Positions 19,376-28,922 of a DNA stretch of 64,000 bases are shown one piece after another. The DNA comes from Nanobdellota archaeon (GTDB lineage: Archaea; Nanobdellota; Nanobdellia; Pacearchaeales; GW2011-AR1): assembly GCA_049324275.1 (NCBI GenBank), contig JBMOLG010000004.1, forward strand, positions 29,279 through 93,278, in the 5' to 3' direction. The translations under genes and the position numbers were made by a program. The notes under the pieces were generated by a model. That model saw nothing but the letters and a program-made list of their open reading frames with translations, made no database searches and was not told the DNA's origin. How positions within the stretch are numbered: the first letter of the stretch is position 1; every line of letters begins with the position of its first letter.

Positions 19376-20911
19376 ATGGAGAAAAAAATTTTATTTTTAA
19401 AAGCCAGAATTGGGATTGAAGACCCATTTCCCCCCTTGGCATTTAGTTATCTTGGAAAAATCGCTCAGGATAAAGGCTTTAAAGTTATTATTGAAAATTT
19501 AAACGCACAATATAATTCAAAAACTGATGAGGATATAGCAGAATTAATCAAAAGAGAAAATCCCGCTATTGTCGGGATAAATATACTGACCAACTTTGCA
19601 AGAGATTCTTACAAATTAATTTCTAAGATAAAGCCTGATTCAAAAATGATTATTGCAGGGGGGCCCCATTGCACAATCTGTCCAGAAGAAGTTTTAGAAA
19701 AAGGGGCAGATATAGTTTTTATAGGAGAGGCGGAAAATTCATTTGAAAGATTTCTTGACGCATTTATTGCAAATAAAAGCATTAAAAATATCAAGGGAAT
19801 TGCATACAAAGAAAAAAACAAAATGATAAAAAATAAACTTCCTGAACCATTAGACTTGAACACGCTTCCAATCCCTGATAGAGATATTCATAAAAAAGAA
19901 GATTATGTTAAAGTAAAGGAAGAAATCAATAATTTTGGGGCAGTCTTAACAAGCAGGGGATGCACAGGGCAATGCAGTTTTTGCTTTCATTCTTTGTTTG
20001 GAAAATGTTTTAGATTTAGATCTTCAGATCTAGTCATCAAAGAAATTGAAGAGTTGAATAAAAAATATGGAGTAAATTTTATTGATTTTGTCGATGATGC
20101 TTTTACTGCAAACAGAAAAAGATTGATGGAAATATGCGATTTGATAATTGCAAAAAAAATTCACATAAAATGGTGTTGTGCTTCAAGAGTTGAATTCCTG
20201 AACAAGGAAGTATTGATGAAAATGAAAGAGGCAGGATGTGAAATGGTCAGCCTCGGCATGGAGAGCAATATTCCTGAAACCTTAATTAAGACAAAAAAAA
20301 CAAGTAATCCTCAGTGGTATATACAACAAACTGAAAATGTTTTAATATGGTGCAAGGAGACTGGCATCAGAGCAGGAATAAATACTTTGACAGGATTTCC
20401 ATGGGAAAAAGCAGAGGATATTAAAAAAATGCACATTTTTATTAAAAAAATCAAAAAGTATGTTACACAAGGTTTTGATGGAGGGATTATCCAACCACAA
20501 CCAGGAACAGAAATCTACAATCAATATGCAAAAGAATACCGATTTGAAAAATGGTGGCTTGATAAGAAACCTTTATTTAAGGATAACTACCGCCCATTTT
20601 TTATTATATATTATCATAGATTTTGGGATCATTTGCATAATAATTTTTTTAGTTTTGATAAAGATGTATTCAGAGAAATAGATAAAATGTATAAGTTTAT
20701 GGGAAAATGGAATTTATATATAATTACAAAGAGAAGATTCAGAAATCCCATAAAAGTTTATGTTATTTATCAGGCATTATTCATTTTAAGCAATTTTTCA
20801 CTTTTCTTATATAAGATCTCTCCAAAATTGGAAAGAATGATCATGGAAAGAATTAAAAAATTCAGTTATAGGTTTAAATTCAGAAAAGGTACAGATAATT
20901 CGAACTTATAA
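19376..20911 (+). CDS. B12-binding-domain radical SAM protein, paralog 5
   Basis: The ATG at 19376 (MEKKILFLK) lies directly after the upstream stop, so the listed 19322 start is an overlap artefact. AGGPHCTICPEEVL..IVFIGEAEN, IKGIAYKEKNKMIKN, DLNTLPIPDRD and SRGCTGQCSFC. Confidence 0.8.
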   Translation: MEKKILFLKARIGIEDPFPPLAFSYLGKIAQDKGFKVIIENLNAQYNSKTDEDIAELIKRENPAIVGINILTNFARDSYKLISKIKPDSKMIIAGGPHCTICPEEVLEKGADIVFIGEAENSFERFLDAFIANKSIKNIKGIAYKEKNKMIKNKLPEPLDLNTLPIPDRDIHKKEDYVKVKEEINNFGAVLTSRGCTGQCSFCFHSLFGKCFRFRSSDLVIKEIEELNKKYGVNFIDFVDDAFTANRKRLMEICDLIIAKKIHIKWCCASRVEFLNKEVLMKMKEAGCEMVSLGMESNIPETLIKTKKTSNPQWYIQQTENVLIWCKETGIRAGINTLTGFPWEKAEDIKKMHIFIKKIKKYVTQGFDGGIIQPQPGTEIYNQYAKEYRFEKWWLDKKPLFKDNYRPFFIIYYHRFWDHLHNNFFSFDKDVFREIDKMYKFMGKWNLYIITKRRFRNPIKVYVIYQALFILSNFSLFLYKISPKLERMIMERIKKFSYRFKFRKGTDNSNL

Positions 20912-20938
20912 GCGAAAATTTATATAATTGAAAATTTT

Positions 20939-22123
20939 TTGAAGAAAATGAAAATTAAATCAATATTTCTTGCTCATGATTCCTTCACATATTGGTCGGG
21001 GGAAAGCGGAAAACCATTAAAGCAATTCATTGCTGATGATTTCTTTTCATTGACTGCACAACAGATAAAAAAATATTATCCGGAGATTGAAATAGAATGC
21101 TGGTGCCCTGAAAAAACTTATGACAAAATGCATGAATTTGATTATAACGGAATAAAGTATAAACAATTTCCAACCACACTTTCTTTGGTTTATGCAACAG
21201 ATTTTTCAATTTCAATGTTAAAAGAGCTGAGAAAAGAAGCTGAAAAAAGCAAGAAAGAGGGATATAAATTGATATTGCATGTTCATGAAATTCACAATGT
21301 CCACGGCATTCTTATTGCGAAATTATTCAAAGGAGAAAATATAATTGTCCAGCATCATGGAGGAAGCTGGCCTTTGAAACATCTAAAACAAACTAAAAGA
21401 TACAAGTTCTTTTTTCCATTCTTTTTTCTAGCCCAAGTTTTTGAAAATAAATGGCTGAAGAATGTAAAATACTATTATGCATTAAGCAATGATGAAATAA
21501 AATATCTAAAAAATGTTGCACCGGAATCAAAGATAAAGTTTCAAACCATGGGAATAGGAGAATATCTTTTCAAAAAGATAGAGAAAAAAACCGCAAGAAA
21601 AAAATTAGGCCTGAATATAGACAAAAAAATAATAATTTATCTTGGAAGAGTAAATCAAGTCAAGGGAGTAAAGATTTTGATTGATACAATGAAAGGCCTG
21701 CCTGACATTGAATTAAAAATTTTAGGGTATGGCCCGCAAAAAGATGAATTTGAGACTTATGCAAAAGAACTTGGGTTGAAAAATGTTAAATTTTTCGGAG
21801 GAGTATTTGGGGAAGACAAACATTTATATTTAAGCGCGGCAGATGCGTTAATCTTGCCCTCTGCAAAAGAAGGCGCCCCTGTAGTGATTATGGAGGCCAT
21901 GGCTTCAAATCTTCCGGTAATCGTTACAGACATAGGGGGAACTTCAATAATGGTAGCCAATAAAAAAAATGGGATAATTACAGAGAGAAAACCTGAAAAA
22001 ATTGCAGAAGCAATAAAAGAAATCTTAACCTGGAAACCAAAAGATTTTTCAAAATATGCAGAATTATATAGATGGAAAAAAATTGTGGATAATACTGTTA
22101 AAGACTACAAAGAGATAAAATGA
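20939..22123 (+). CDS. Glycosyltransferase family 4 (GT-B)
   Basis: GRVNQVKGVKILID and ILPSAKEGAPVVIMEAMASNLPVIVTDIGG form the E-x7-E region. Confidence 0.8.
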   Translation: MKKMKIKSIFLAHDSFTYWSGESGKPLKQFIADDFFSLTAQQIKKYYPEIEIECWCPEKTYDKMHEFDYNGIKYKQFPTTLSLVYATDFSISMLKELRKEAEKSKKEGYKLILHVHEIHNVHGILIAKLFKGENIIVQHHGGSWPLKHLKQTKRYKFFFPFFFLAQVFENKWLKNVKYYYALSNDEIKYLKNVAPESKIKFQTMGIGEYLFKKIEKKTARKKLGLNIDKKIIIYLGRVNQVKGVKILIDTMKGLPDIELKILGYGPQKDEFETYAKELGLKNVKFFGGVFGEDKHLYLSAADALILPSAKEGAPVVIMEAMASNLPVIVTDIGGTSIMVANKKNGIITERKPEKIAEAIKEILTWKPKDFSKYAELYRWKKIVDNTVKDYKEIK

Positions 22124-22560
22124 AAATATTAAAAGAAAAATTTTTTGAAGAAATTACGCTTTTTGGCGGAGCATTGTTTTATGTTTTTGTTATATTTTTA
22201 GCTCATCTCATTGGCGAAAAAAATTATGCGTTCAAACTTTTAATTGGTTTGTTTGCTATATATTTTGTTGCATTTATAATAAGACTGGTTTATTTTAAGG
22301 AAAGACCAAAAAAAGTAAAACATTCAAATCTACTTGAAAGGCTAGATGCATCTTCATTTCCAAGCGTGCATTCGGCAAGAATAATCTTTTTATCAATATC
22401 GTTTATTATGTTATATTCAAAAGATTTAGTTGTTGTTTCTCTTCTCTTTTTATTAAACTTGGCTGTTGTTTATTCAAGAATATATTTGCTTAAACATGAT
22501 TTGATTGATGTCATCGGAGGAATTTTGTTGGGAATTGCCTGTGCAATTATAATTATATAA
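22120..22560 (+). CDS. PAP2-family (polyprenyl-)phosphate phosphatase
   Basis: All three PAP2 motifs are present: KERPKK, FPSVHSA and YSRIYLLKHDLIDV. 4-5 TM helices. Confidence 0.8.
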   Translation: MKILKEKFFEEITLFGGALFYVFVIFLAHLIGEKNYAFKLLIGLFAIYFVAFIIRLVYFKERPKKVKHSNLLERLDASSFPSVHSARIIFLSISFIMLYSKDLVVVSLLFLLNLAVVYSRIYLLKHDLIDVIGGILLGIACAIIII

Positions 22561-22561
22561 T

Positions 22562-23410
22562 TTAATGAAAATACAATCCAATTAAAACCAAAACAAGCCA
22601 TAATAAAAAAGTGAAAAGGATTTTTTTATCAAAGATAAAATTCTCAGGATTTCTTATTTTTTCAGGGCTATTACATGCATTATCAAAATATAATATTAAC
22701 AGATAAAATGAGATTGGCAGGGTCAATAAAAGCAATGGATAAAACATAATGCAATAAACACTAAACAAAATTAACAAGGCATTTGCAGAGAGAATTATTG
22801 CAAGATTAAAGACTTTAGCATGATCTTTCTTCAAGCATGGGCGGTAATTTTCAAGGCCTCTTAAATTTACTTCTGTTATTCGTTTTCCTGAAACTAAAAA
22901 TATGGAAAGGAAAAACGCGAACAATAAAATCCAATAAGAAATAGGAATATTTAGAATAAGAAAACCAGAAATTGCCCTAATTACAAAATTGACAGCAATG
23001 ATTATGATGTCCAAAAAAGCAATGTCCCTAAATAAAAATGTGTAAAGCTGGGAAGACAAAAATAATAAGATGATACTATAAAAAAAGTTTCGTGAAAGAT
23101 AAAGTGCCATGATAAGAGACAATAAAAATAATACAATACAAACAGCTATGCCAAACTCTTTTGAGATTTTCTTTGAAGCCATTGGGCGTTTGCATTTCTC
23201 AGTATGATTTCTATCTTTTTCAATGTCCTTCAAATCGTTTATTATATAATAACTTGAAGAGATAAAGGAAATTGAAATGAAACCAAGAATTACCTTAATG
23301 AATAAAGATAGATTAAACAAGTTCAATGAGAATACTAATGGAACAAAGATAATTATATTCTTATACCACTGCTCTATTCTAATTAATTTAAAAAAATCTT
23401 TTATTTCCAC
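22562..23410 (-). CDS. UbiA-family prenyl-phosphate transferase, DPPR-synthase-like
   Basis: YIINDLKDIEKDRNHTEKCKRPMASKKIS matches ND..D...DR.H..K..RP.ASG, the motif of decaprenyl-phosphate phosphoribosyltransferase-type UbiA enzymes. About 8 TM helices. Confidence 0.7.
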   Translation of the reverse strand: MEIKDFFKLIRIEQWYKNIIIFVPLVFSLNLFNLSLFIKVILGFISISFISSSYYIINDLKDIEKDRNHTEKCKRPMASKKISKEFGIAVCIVLFLLSLIMALYLSRNFFYSIILLFLSSQLYTFLFRDIAFLDIIIIAVNFVIRAISGFLILNIPISYWILLFAFFLSIFLVSGKRITEVNLRGLENYRPCLKKDHAKVFNLAIILSANALLILFSVYCIMFYPLLLLTLPISFYLLILYFDNACNSPEKIRNPENFIFDKKILFTFLLWLVLVLIGLYFH

Positions 23411-23492
23411 CTATCTTTTTAATATGTTTTGTTTAAAAAACTTGTGAAATTTATGAGAAAAATTTAAATAGGTTGATTTTCTTTTTTGTTTT

Positions 23493-24473
23493 ATGGAAGT
23501 TTTAGTTACTGGAGCCCCAGGCTGGCTTGGGACTAGTCTTGTTGAGGAATTGGTTAAAAAAAGGTTCAAGGTGAGATGTCTAGTTTTAGAGGGATTAGAT
23601 TCTTCATACTTAGAAAAATTAGGTGCAGTAGTAATTAAAGGAAATGTATTAAACAGGGAAACATTAGACAAGGCAACAAAGGGAGTTGATATCGTATTTC
23701 ATTGCGCAGGAATAATTCATCCTAAAAAAATAAAAGAATTATATCAGGTAAATTATTTTGGAACAAAAAATCTTTTGGATTCGGCAATTGATTCTGGGGT
23801 AAAAAAGTTTATTCTTGTAAGCAGTAATTCTCCGATGGGATGCAATGAATACAGAGAAATTTTGTTTAAAGAAGATGATCCTTATAATCCTTACAAAAAT
23901 TATGGAAAAAGCAAGATGCTCGCAGAAAAATATGCAAATTATATGTTTAAGGAAGGAAAAATTGATGTTACAATAATAAGGCCCTGCTGGTTTTATGGAC
24001 CTAACCAGCCCCTAAGACAAACAACTTTTTTTAAGATGATAAAGAAGGGAAATCCGATTGTTTTTGGAGATGGACAAAATTTGAGAAGCATGAGTTATGT
24101 AGATAATATTGTCCAAGGATTAATTTTAGCTGCAGAAAGCAAAAAATCAAGCGGACAAACTTATTGGATTGCAGATTCAAAGCCCTATTCAACATTAGAA
24201 ATTTATGGAACAATTGCAGATTTGCTTAATGTTAAATTAAAACCAAGATTTGTTCCTGGCCTAATGTCAACAATGTGTGAAATCAGCGATGGAATTTTAC
24301 AGGGAACTGGATTATATATTAAAGAAATACACGTTGCAGGGGAGATGAATAAAAATATTGCCTGCAGCATTGAAAAGGCAAGAAAAGAATTAGGTTATAA
24401 TCCAAAGATAGATTTAAGGGAAGGCATGAAGCGATCTATTGAATGGTGCAGGAAGCAAGGGGTAGAGATATAA
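23493..24473 (+). CDS. NAD-dependent epimerase/dehydratase (extended SDR)
   Basis: VLVTGAPGWLGTSL (Rossmann fold) and YGKSKMLAE (YxxxK). Confidence 0.75.
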   Translation: MEVLVTGAPGWLGTSLVEELVKKRFKVRCLVLEGLDSSYLEKLGAVVIKGNVLNRETLDKATKGVDIVFHCAGIIHPKKIKELYQVNYFGTKNLLDSAIDSGVKKFILVSSNSPMGCNEYREILFKEDDPYNPYKNYGKSKMLAEKYANYMFKEGKIDVTIIRPCWFYGPNQPLRQTTFFKMIKKGNPIVFGDGQNLRSMSYVDNIVQGLILAAESKKSSGQTYWIADSKPYSTLEIYGTIADLLNVKLKPRFVPGLMSTMCEISDGILQGTGLYIKEIHVAGEMNKNIACSIEKARKELGYNPKIDLREGMKRSIEWCRKQGVEI

Positions 24474-24480
24474 TTTTAAA

Positions 24481-25506
24481 ATGTATTTAGTAACAGGGGG
24501 GTCTGGTTTTTGTGGTTTAGAAATTGTTAAACTTCTGTTAAAGGAAAATGAAAAAGTTAGAGTTTTAGATTTAGAGCCATTGCCTAAAGAGTTTCGGAAT
24601 GATAGACGAATCGAATTTTTACAAGCAGATATCAGAGATAAGGAAAAGGTTTTTGAGGCGTGCAAAGGAATTAAAAAAATAATACATACAATTGCAAAGG
24701 TTCCAATAAGCAAGGCAGGAAAAGTTTTTTGGGAAGTCAATGTCGCAGGAACTGAAAATTTGTTAGAAGCAGCCTTGAAAAATAAAGTTGAAAAAGTGGT
24801 TCATATCTCTTCGAGTGCAGTCCAATTCACAGAAAAAAATCCTGTTGATGAATTGGATCCTTATAATCCTATTGGGCCCTATGCTGAATCAAAATTAGAA
24901 GGAGAACTCGTATGCAAAAGATTCATTGAAAAAGGTCTAAATATAGACATAATCAGACCAAGAACAGTTTTAGGGGAGGGGAGATTGGGCATATTTGATA
25001 TTTTATTTGAGTGGATTTCAGAAGGTAAAAATGTTTATGTCATGGGATCAGGAAATAATATAATTCAATTCATTCATTCAGAAGACCTAGCAAGATGCTG
25101 TTATTTGGCATCTTTAAAAAAAGGCTCAAACATATTTAATGTTGGCTCAAAAGAATTTGAAAGTTTAAGAGAGGATCTTCAATACCTTATTGATTATGCT
25201 GGAACAAAATCAAAGGTTAGATCAATACCAATTAAGCCGGCTATTTTGATATTGAAATCTTTAGATATACTTCATCTTTCACCATTAGCTTCGTGGCATT
25301 ACATGACTTATCATAAAGATTTTTATTTTAACAATGAAAGGGCAAGAAAAATTTTGAAATGGGAGCCAAAGTATGGAAACAAAGAGATATTTAAGATTGC
25401 ATATCAAAGTTATATTAAAAACAAAGGCAAAAAGTCAGAATTTGGCACAAGCCATAGAAAACCACTAAAACAAGGAGTCTTAAAGGTAGTTAAATTATTT
25501 TCATAA
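24481..25506 (+). CDS. NAD-dependent epimerase/dehydratase (extended SDR)
   Basis: YLVTGGSGFCGLEI and YAESKLEGE (YxxxK). Confidence 0.75.
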   Translation: MYLVTGGSGFCGLEIVKLLLKENEKVRVLDLEPLPKEFRNDRRIEFLQADIRDKEKVFEACKGIKKIIHTIAKVPISKAGKVFWEVNVAGTENLLEAALKNKVEKVVHISSSAVQFTEKNPVDELDPYNPIGPYAESKLEGELVCKRFIEKGLNIDIIRPRTVLGEGRLGIFDILFEWISEGKNVYVMGSGNNIIQFIHSEDLARCCYLASLKKGSNIFNVGSKEFESLREDLQYLIDYAGTKSKVRSIPIKPAILILKSLDILHLSPLASWHYMTYHKDFYFNNERARKILKWEPKYGNKEIFKIAYQSYIKNKGKKSEFGTSHRKPLKQGVLKVVKLFS

Positions 25507-26109
25507 TTCATTTTTTAATAAAATTTTTTTTGAGAGATTATAGTTATGCTCTGAATTTTCCATCCATTTAATGGCATATTTTCTATCAATATTCTCTCCC
25601 GGAAAACTTTTGCTGTTCATTCTCTTATATCTAATTTTCTTTGATTCTTCAACTAGGAAGACTTTGGAAGATTTTGGTAATTTTTTGATGATAGAAGAAA
25701 GTTCTTTCTCATTTGCTTTTTTCTGATATATCATGAAAATAGACTGCAAAAAAAATTCATCGACAAATATTTCCTGATTATTGTCTCTTAAAAGATAGCA
25801 TCTTGCAAAAACAGCAGAGAGATAAGAATTTCGCATAAGAAAAATTTTAATATATTTTTTGAAATTCAGCCTTTCTAAAGTAATCCAGTTAGTATTCATT
25901 GTATAAAATAGATATAAGGATAATGATAAATTTTCAAAAAAAAATTTGAGAAAAGGAATTATCTTTTCAAAAGAATTATCTTTTATTGAATTATATTTGA
26001 ATCCCTTCTTTTGAAGGTCTTTTAGATAAGTAGTTTTTCCAGAATTGGACAAACCAAAAAATTCGTTAGTGCGAGATTTATTCGAAAATGTTAAAATTTT
26101 TATTTTCAT
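25501..26109 (-). CDS. P-loop protein (kinase/sulfotransferase-like), function unknown
   Basis: Walker A motif GLSNSGKTT near the N-terminus. Overlaps the upstream methyltransferase gene by 4 nt. Confidence 0.4.
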   Translation of the reverse strand: MKIKILTFSNKSRTNEFFGLSNSGKTTYLKDLQKKGFKYNSIKDNSFEKIIPFLKFFFENLSLSLYLFYTMNTNWITLERLNFKKYIKIFLMRNSYLSAVFARCYLLRDNNQEIFVDEFFLQSIFMIYQKKANEKELSSIIKKLPKSSKVFLVEESKKIRYKRMNSKSFPGENIDRKYAIKWMENSEHNYNLSKKILLKNEL

Positions 26110-26849
26110 TTTTTCGCATAGATAATAAAACTTTCCGATAAATATTTAGTCATGAGGTTTATTGAAAAATTTCTATCAATAAGTTTCGAATGAAATTTCT
26201 GTGAAAAATATCTAAACAAGGGAAAATGAAAACCCTTGCCAAAAACCGCAGGATAAATTTTCAAAACCTGGAAACCATTTTCTTCTAATTTGCTTTTTAA
26301 CTTCAAAATATCTATTTGCTTTGAATGTATCTCTTTATCACGCATTTTAATGCTTAAAAAATGAGGATTTTTTGTTATTAACAACAGCTTACCGTCTTTT
26401 TTTAGAAGCCTCATAAATTTTTTGATTGCTTTATCTTTTTCAGGGATATATTCGAAACATCGAATCGAATAAACTAAATCATATTTAGATTCAGGCAGAT
26501 TTAATTTTAGAAAATCTCCCTCAATAAATTTAATATTTTGAGTGCCAGCAAACCTCTTTTTTGCCATTTTAAGCATTTCTTTTGAAATGTCGATAGCGTC
26601 TATTTTTTTGCAATGATGAGAAAGCAGTTCAGTCCAGATGCCATCACCAGGGCCTATTTCAAGTGCAGAATTAAAATTCTTTTCTTGTATTGATTTTATT
26701 ATAGATGCCTTTGTTTGATTAAATTGTGAAATTGATGATTTTGTTCTGAACCATTTCCAATCAGAATAAGTTTTAAATTCAGATTTTTTATTAAGATTAT
26801 CATAAAAAGTGCCAATTTTTTCTGAGAAATTATCTTTATGGTTAATCAT
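26106..26849 (-). CDS. Class I SAM-dependent methyltransferase
   Basis: Motif I ALEIGPGDGIW, followed by the acidic loop AIDIS. Confidence 0.75.
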   Translation of the reverse strand: MINHKDNFSEKIGTFYDNLNKKSEFKTYSDWKWFRTKSSISQFNQTKASIIKSIQEKNFNSALEIGPGDGIWTELLSHHCKKIDAIDISKEMLKMAKKRFAGTQNIKFIEGDFLKLNLPESKYDLVYSIRCFEYIPEKDKAIKKFMRLLKKDGKLLLITKNPHFLSIKMRDKEIHSKQIDILKLKSKLEENGFQVLKIYPAVFGKGFHFPLFRYFSQKFHSKLIDRNFSINLMTKYLSESFIIYAKK

Positions 26850-26884
26850 ATTATTATATTTTTGCTGTTCTTTTAAGTTTTTAG

Positions 26885-27943
26885 TTAGATAAAAGCTTTC
26901 ATATATCTTTCTTTGAGATTATTATAAGAGGTTTCTTTTATGATCGCCTTTCTATTATTTTGCCCCATCTTTGAGCGCTCATTTTCAGGCATTGAAAAAA
27001 AATTGTCAATTTGTTTTTGCATATCAGAAATATTGTTCTCAGAAGTTATGACTCCAGGGATAGATTTTAGTGCAGTAATATTTGAAACCAAAGCAGGGGT
27101 TTCACATAACATTGATTCTCTTGAAACTATACCAAATCCTTCTATTCTGCTCGGCAAAATTGACAAATCCGAAGCAGAATAATAATCCGGCAACGCCTCA
27201 TTTTTGATAGAAGGCAAAACCAAGACATTTTTTAATTTGTTTTTAGAGAATGAATTGTCCTCTTCTTTTCCGATTAAAACGAAATATTTTTCTTTATTAT
27301 TTTTAGCTAATTGAAAAAGAGTATCAGAACCCTTTAAATATTGTATTCTTCCAACAAAAATGATTATTTCTTTGTTTAGGGGAAGGCCTAATTTTTTTCT
27401 CATTTCTAATTTATTTTTTTTGAAAAAAATTTTTTCATTCAAGATAAGAGGGAGATGGAGTATTTTATGTTTAAATGGAAAAAAATATTTTTTTATAAGT
27501 TCTGCCTGATCTTGAGCGCCAAATATTATTTTATCAGAAAAAATAAAAGGAATGCTTAAAGATATTGTTCTAAGGAGTTCAATTAACTTTTTACGTAAAT
27601 TTTTCTGAATTTTATACGCTTCAAGGGCATTGCCATGAATATTAATTATAAATTTAACATTAGTAAAAATTGAGGAAAAAAGCAAAGCATAGCTCTCTAA
27701 AGGCGTGCCTAAATTAGTTAAAAAATTAACCTTATTTTTTTTACAAAATCTTCGCAAATATATTAAAGAGCTTAATTTATCCTCATCTATATGAATTATT
27801 TTTGTCCTTTCCAATTCATATTTATCTTGAGTTTTGGGGGTTGCTAAAAATATTTCAGAGGCTTTTGGAATATATTTTTCTGCATAAGACAATCTTAACT
27901 GCTTGTGTTCAGCAAAACATGTTGTAAAGAAGCATATTCTCAT
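26885..27943 (-). CDS. Glycosyltransferase family 4 (GT-B)
   Basis: VGRIQYLKGSD and ILPSRIEGFGIVSRESMLCETPALVSN. Confidence 0.75.
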   Translation of the reverse strand: MRICFFTTCFAEHKQLRLSYAEKYIPKASEIFLATPKTQDKYELERTKIIHIDEDKLSSLIYLRRFCKKNKVNFLTNLGTPLESYALLFSSIFTNVKFIINIHGNALEAYKIQKNLRKKLIELLRTISLSIPFIFSDKIIFGAQDQAELIKKYFFPFKHKILHLPLILNEKIFFKKNKLEMRKKLGLPLNKEIIIFVGRIQYLKGSDTLFQLAKNNKEKYFVLIGKEEDNSFSKNKLKNVLVLPSIKNEALPDYYSASDLSILPSRIEGFGIVSRESMLCETPALVSNITALKSIPGVITSENNISDMQKQIDNFFSMPENERSKMGQNNRKAIIKETSYNNLKERYMKAFI

Positions 27944-27983
27944 TTTAATAAATACTTAAAAATTTAAATGTTTTAAAATCTTT

Positions 27984-28922
27984 GTGGAAATCAAAAATAA
28001 GAAAGTATTGATAACCGGTGCAGGGGGATTTATTGGAAGCCATTTAGTTGAAGAGTTGATTAAACTTAATGCAGATATTTTTTGTTTTTTATCTTCAAAC
28101 GATGAAGTTGCAAATTTAAGGGAAATTGAAGGATGCTTAGATCAAGTTAAAATAATTTATGGGGACCTGAAAAATTATAATGAAATCAAAAATGCTGTAG
28201 AAGGAAAGGATATTATTTTTCATTTAGGCGCATTAGTATCAGTTTCAGATTCTTATGAAAAACCTTTTGATTTTTTTGAAACAAATTCCTTGGGAACATT
28301 TAATTTATTAAATGCTTCAAAGATGAAAAAATTAAAGAAAATAATAATCACCTCAAGTGCAGAAGTTTACGGCAATGCAAATGGATTGGTTGATGAAGAA
28401 TTTCCACTTCATGCAAACTCTCCTTATGCTGCTTCAAAAGTATCTGCTGAAAAATTTGCTGAAAGTTTTTATTTTTCATATTGCCTTCCTGTTTCAATCG
28501 TTAGGCTGTTTAATGTGTTTGGACCTAGGCAATCATTAAAGCCTATAATTCCTTCAATAATTTCAAAAAGCCTCAAAGATGAAAAAATTAATATTGTTAA
28601 TCTTTATGCAAAGAGAGATTTTATATTTGTAAAAGATGTTATCGATGCTTTTTTAAAAATTGCAGAATCTGAAAATTCAAACGGAGAGGTATTTAATATA
28701 GGAAATGCAAAAGTCGTTTCAATAAAAGAAATATTGGATATTGTTGAAAGATTAATGAATAAAAAAATTAAAAATCTTGAAATCAAAAATACAAATGAAA
28801 ATTCAGAAAAATTGCTTATTTGCAATAATGCAAAAGCAAGAAAAATTTTGAAATGGGAGCCAAAGACTTCATTAGAAGAGGGATTAAAAGAATGCATAGA
28901 TTACTATAAAACTAAGCATTGA
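27984..28922 (+). CDS. NAD-dependent sugar-nucleotide epimerase/4,6-dehydratase (extended SDR)
   Basis: VLITGAGGFIGSHLVEEL, TSSAEVYG and YAASKVSAE. GTG start. Confidence 0.75.
   Translation: MEIKNKKVLITGAGGFIGSHLVEELIKLNADIFCFLSSNDEVANLREIEGCLDQVKIIYGDLKNYNEIKNAVEGKDIIFHLGALVSVSDSYEKPFDFFETNSLGTFNLLNASKMKKLKKIIITSSAEVYGNANGLVDEEFPLHANSPYAASKVSAEKFAESFYFSYCLPVSIVRLFNVFGPRQSLKPIIPSIISKSLKDEKINIVNLYAKRDFIFVKDVIDAFLKIAESENSNGEVFNIGNAKVVSIKEILDIVERLMNKKIKNLEIKNTNENSEKLLICNNAKARKILKWEPKTSLEEGLKECIDYYKTKH

Noticed and set aside
26106-26849. The two SAM methyltransferases (26106-26849 and 54331-54948) as orphan DNA methyltransferases or restriction-modification remnants.
   Set aside because: Neither has a DPPY/NPPY or PCQ-type catalytic motif. 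There is no adjacent nuclease or specificity subunit. They look like small-molecule or sugar methyltransferases.
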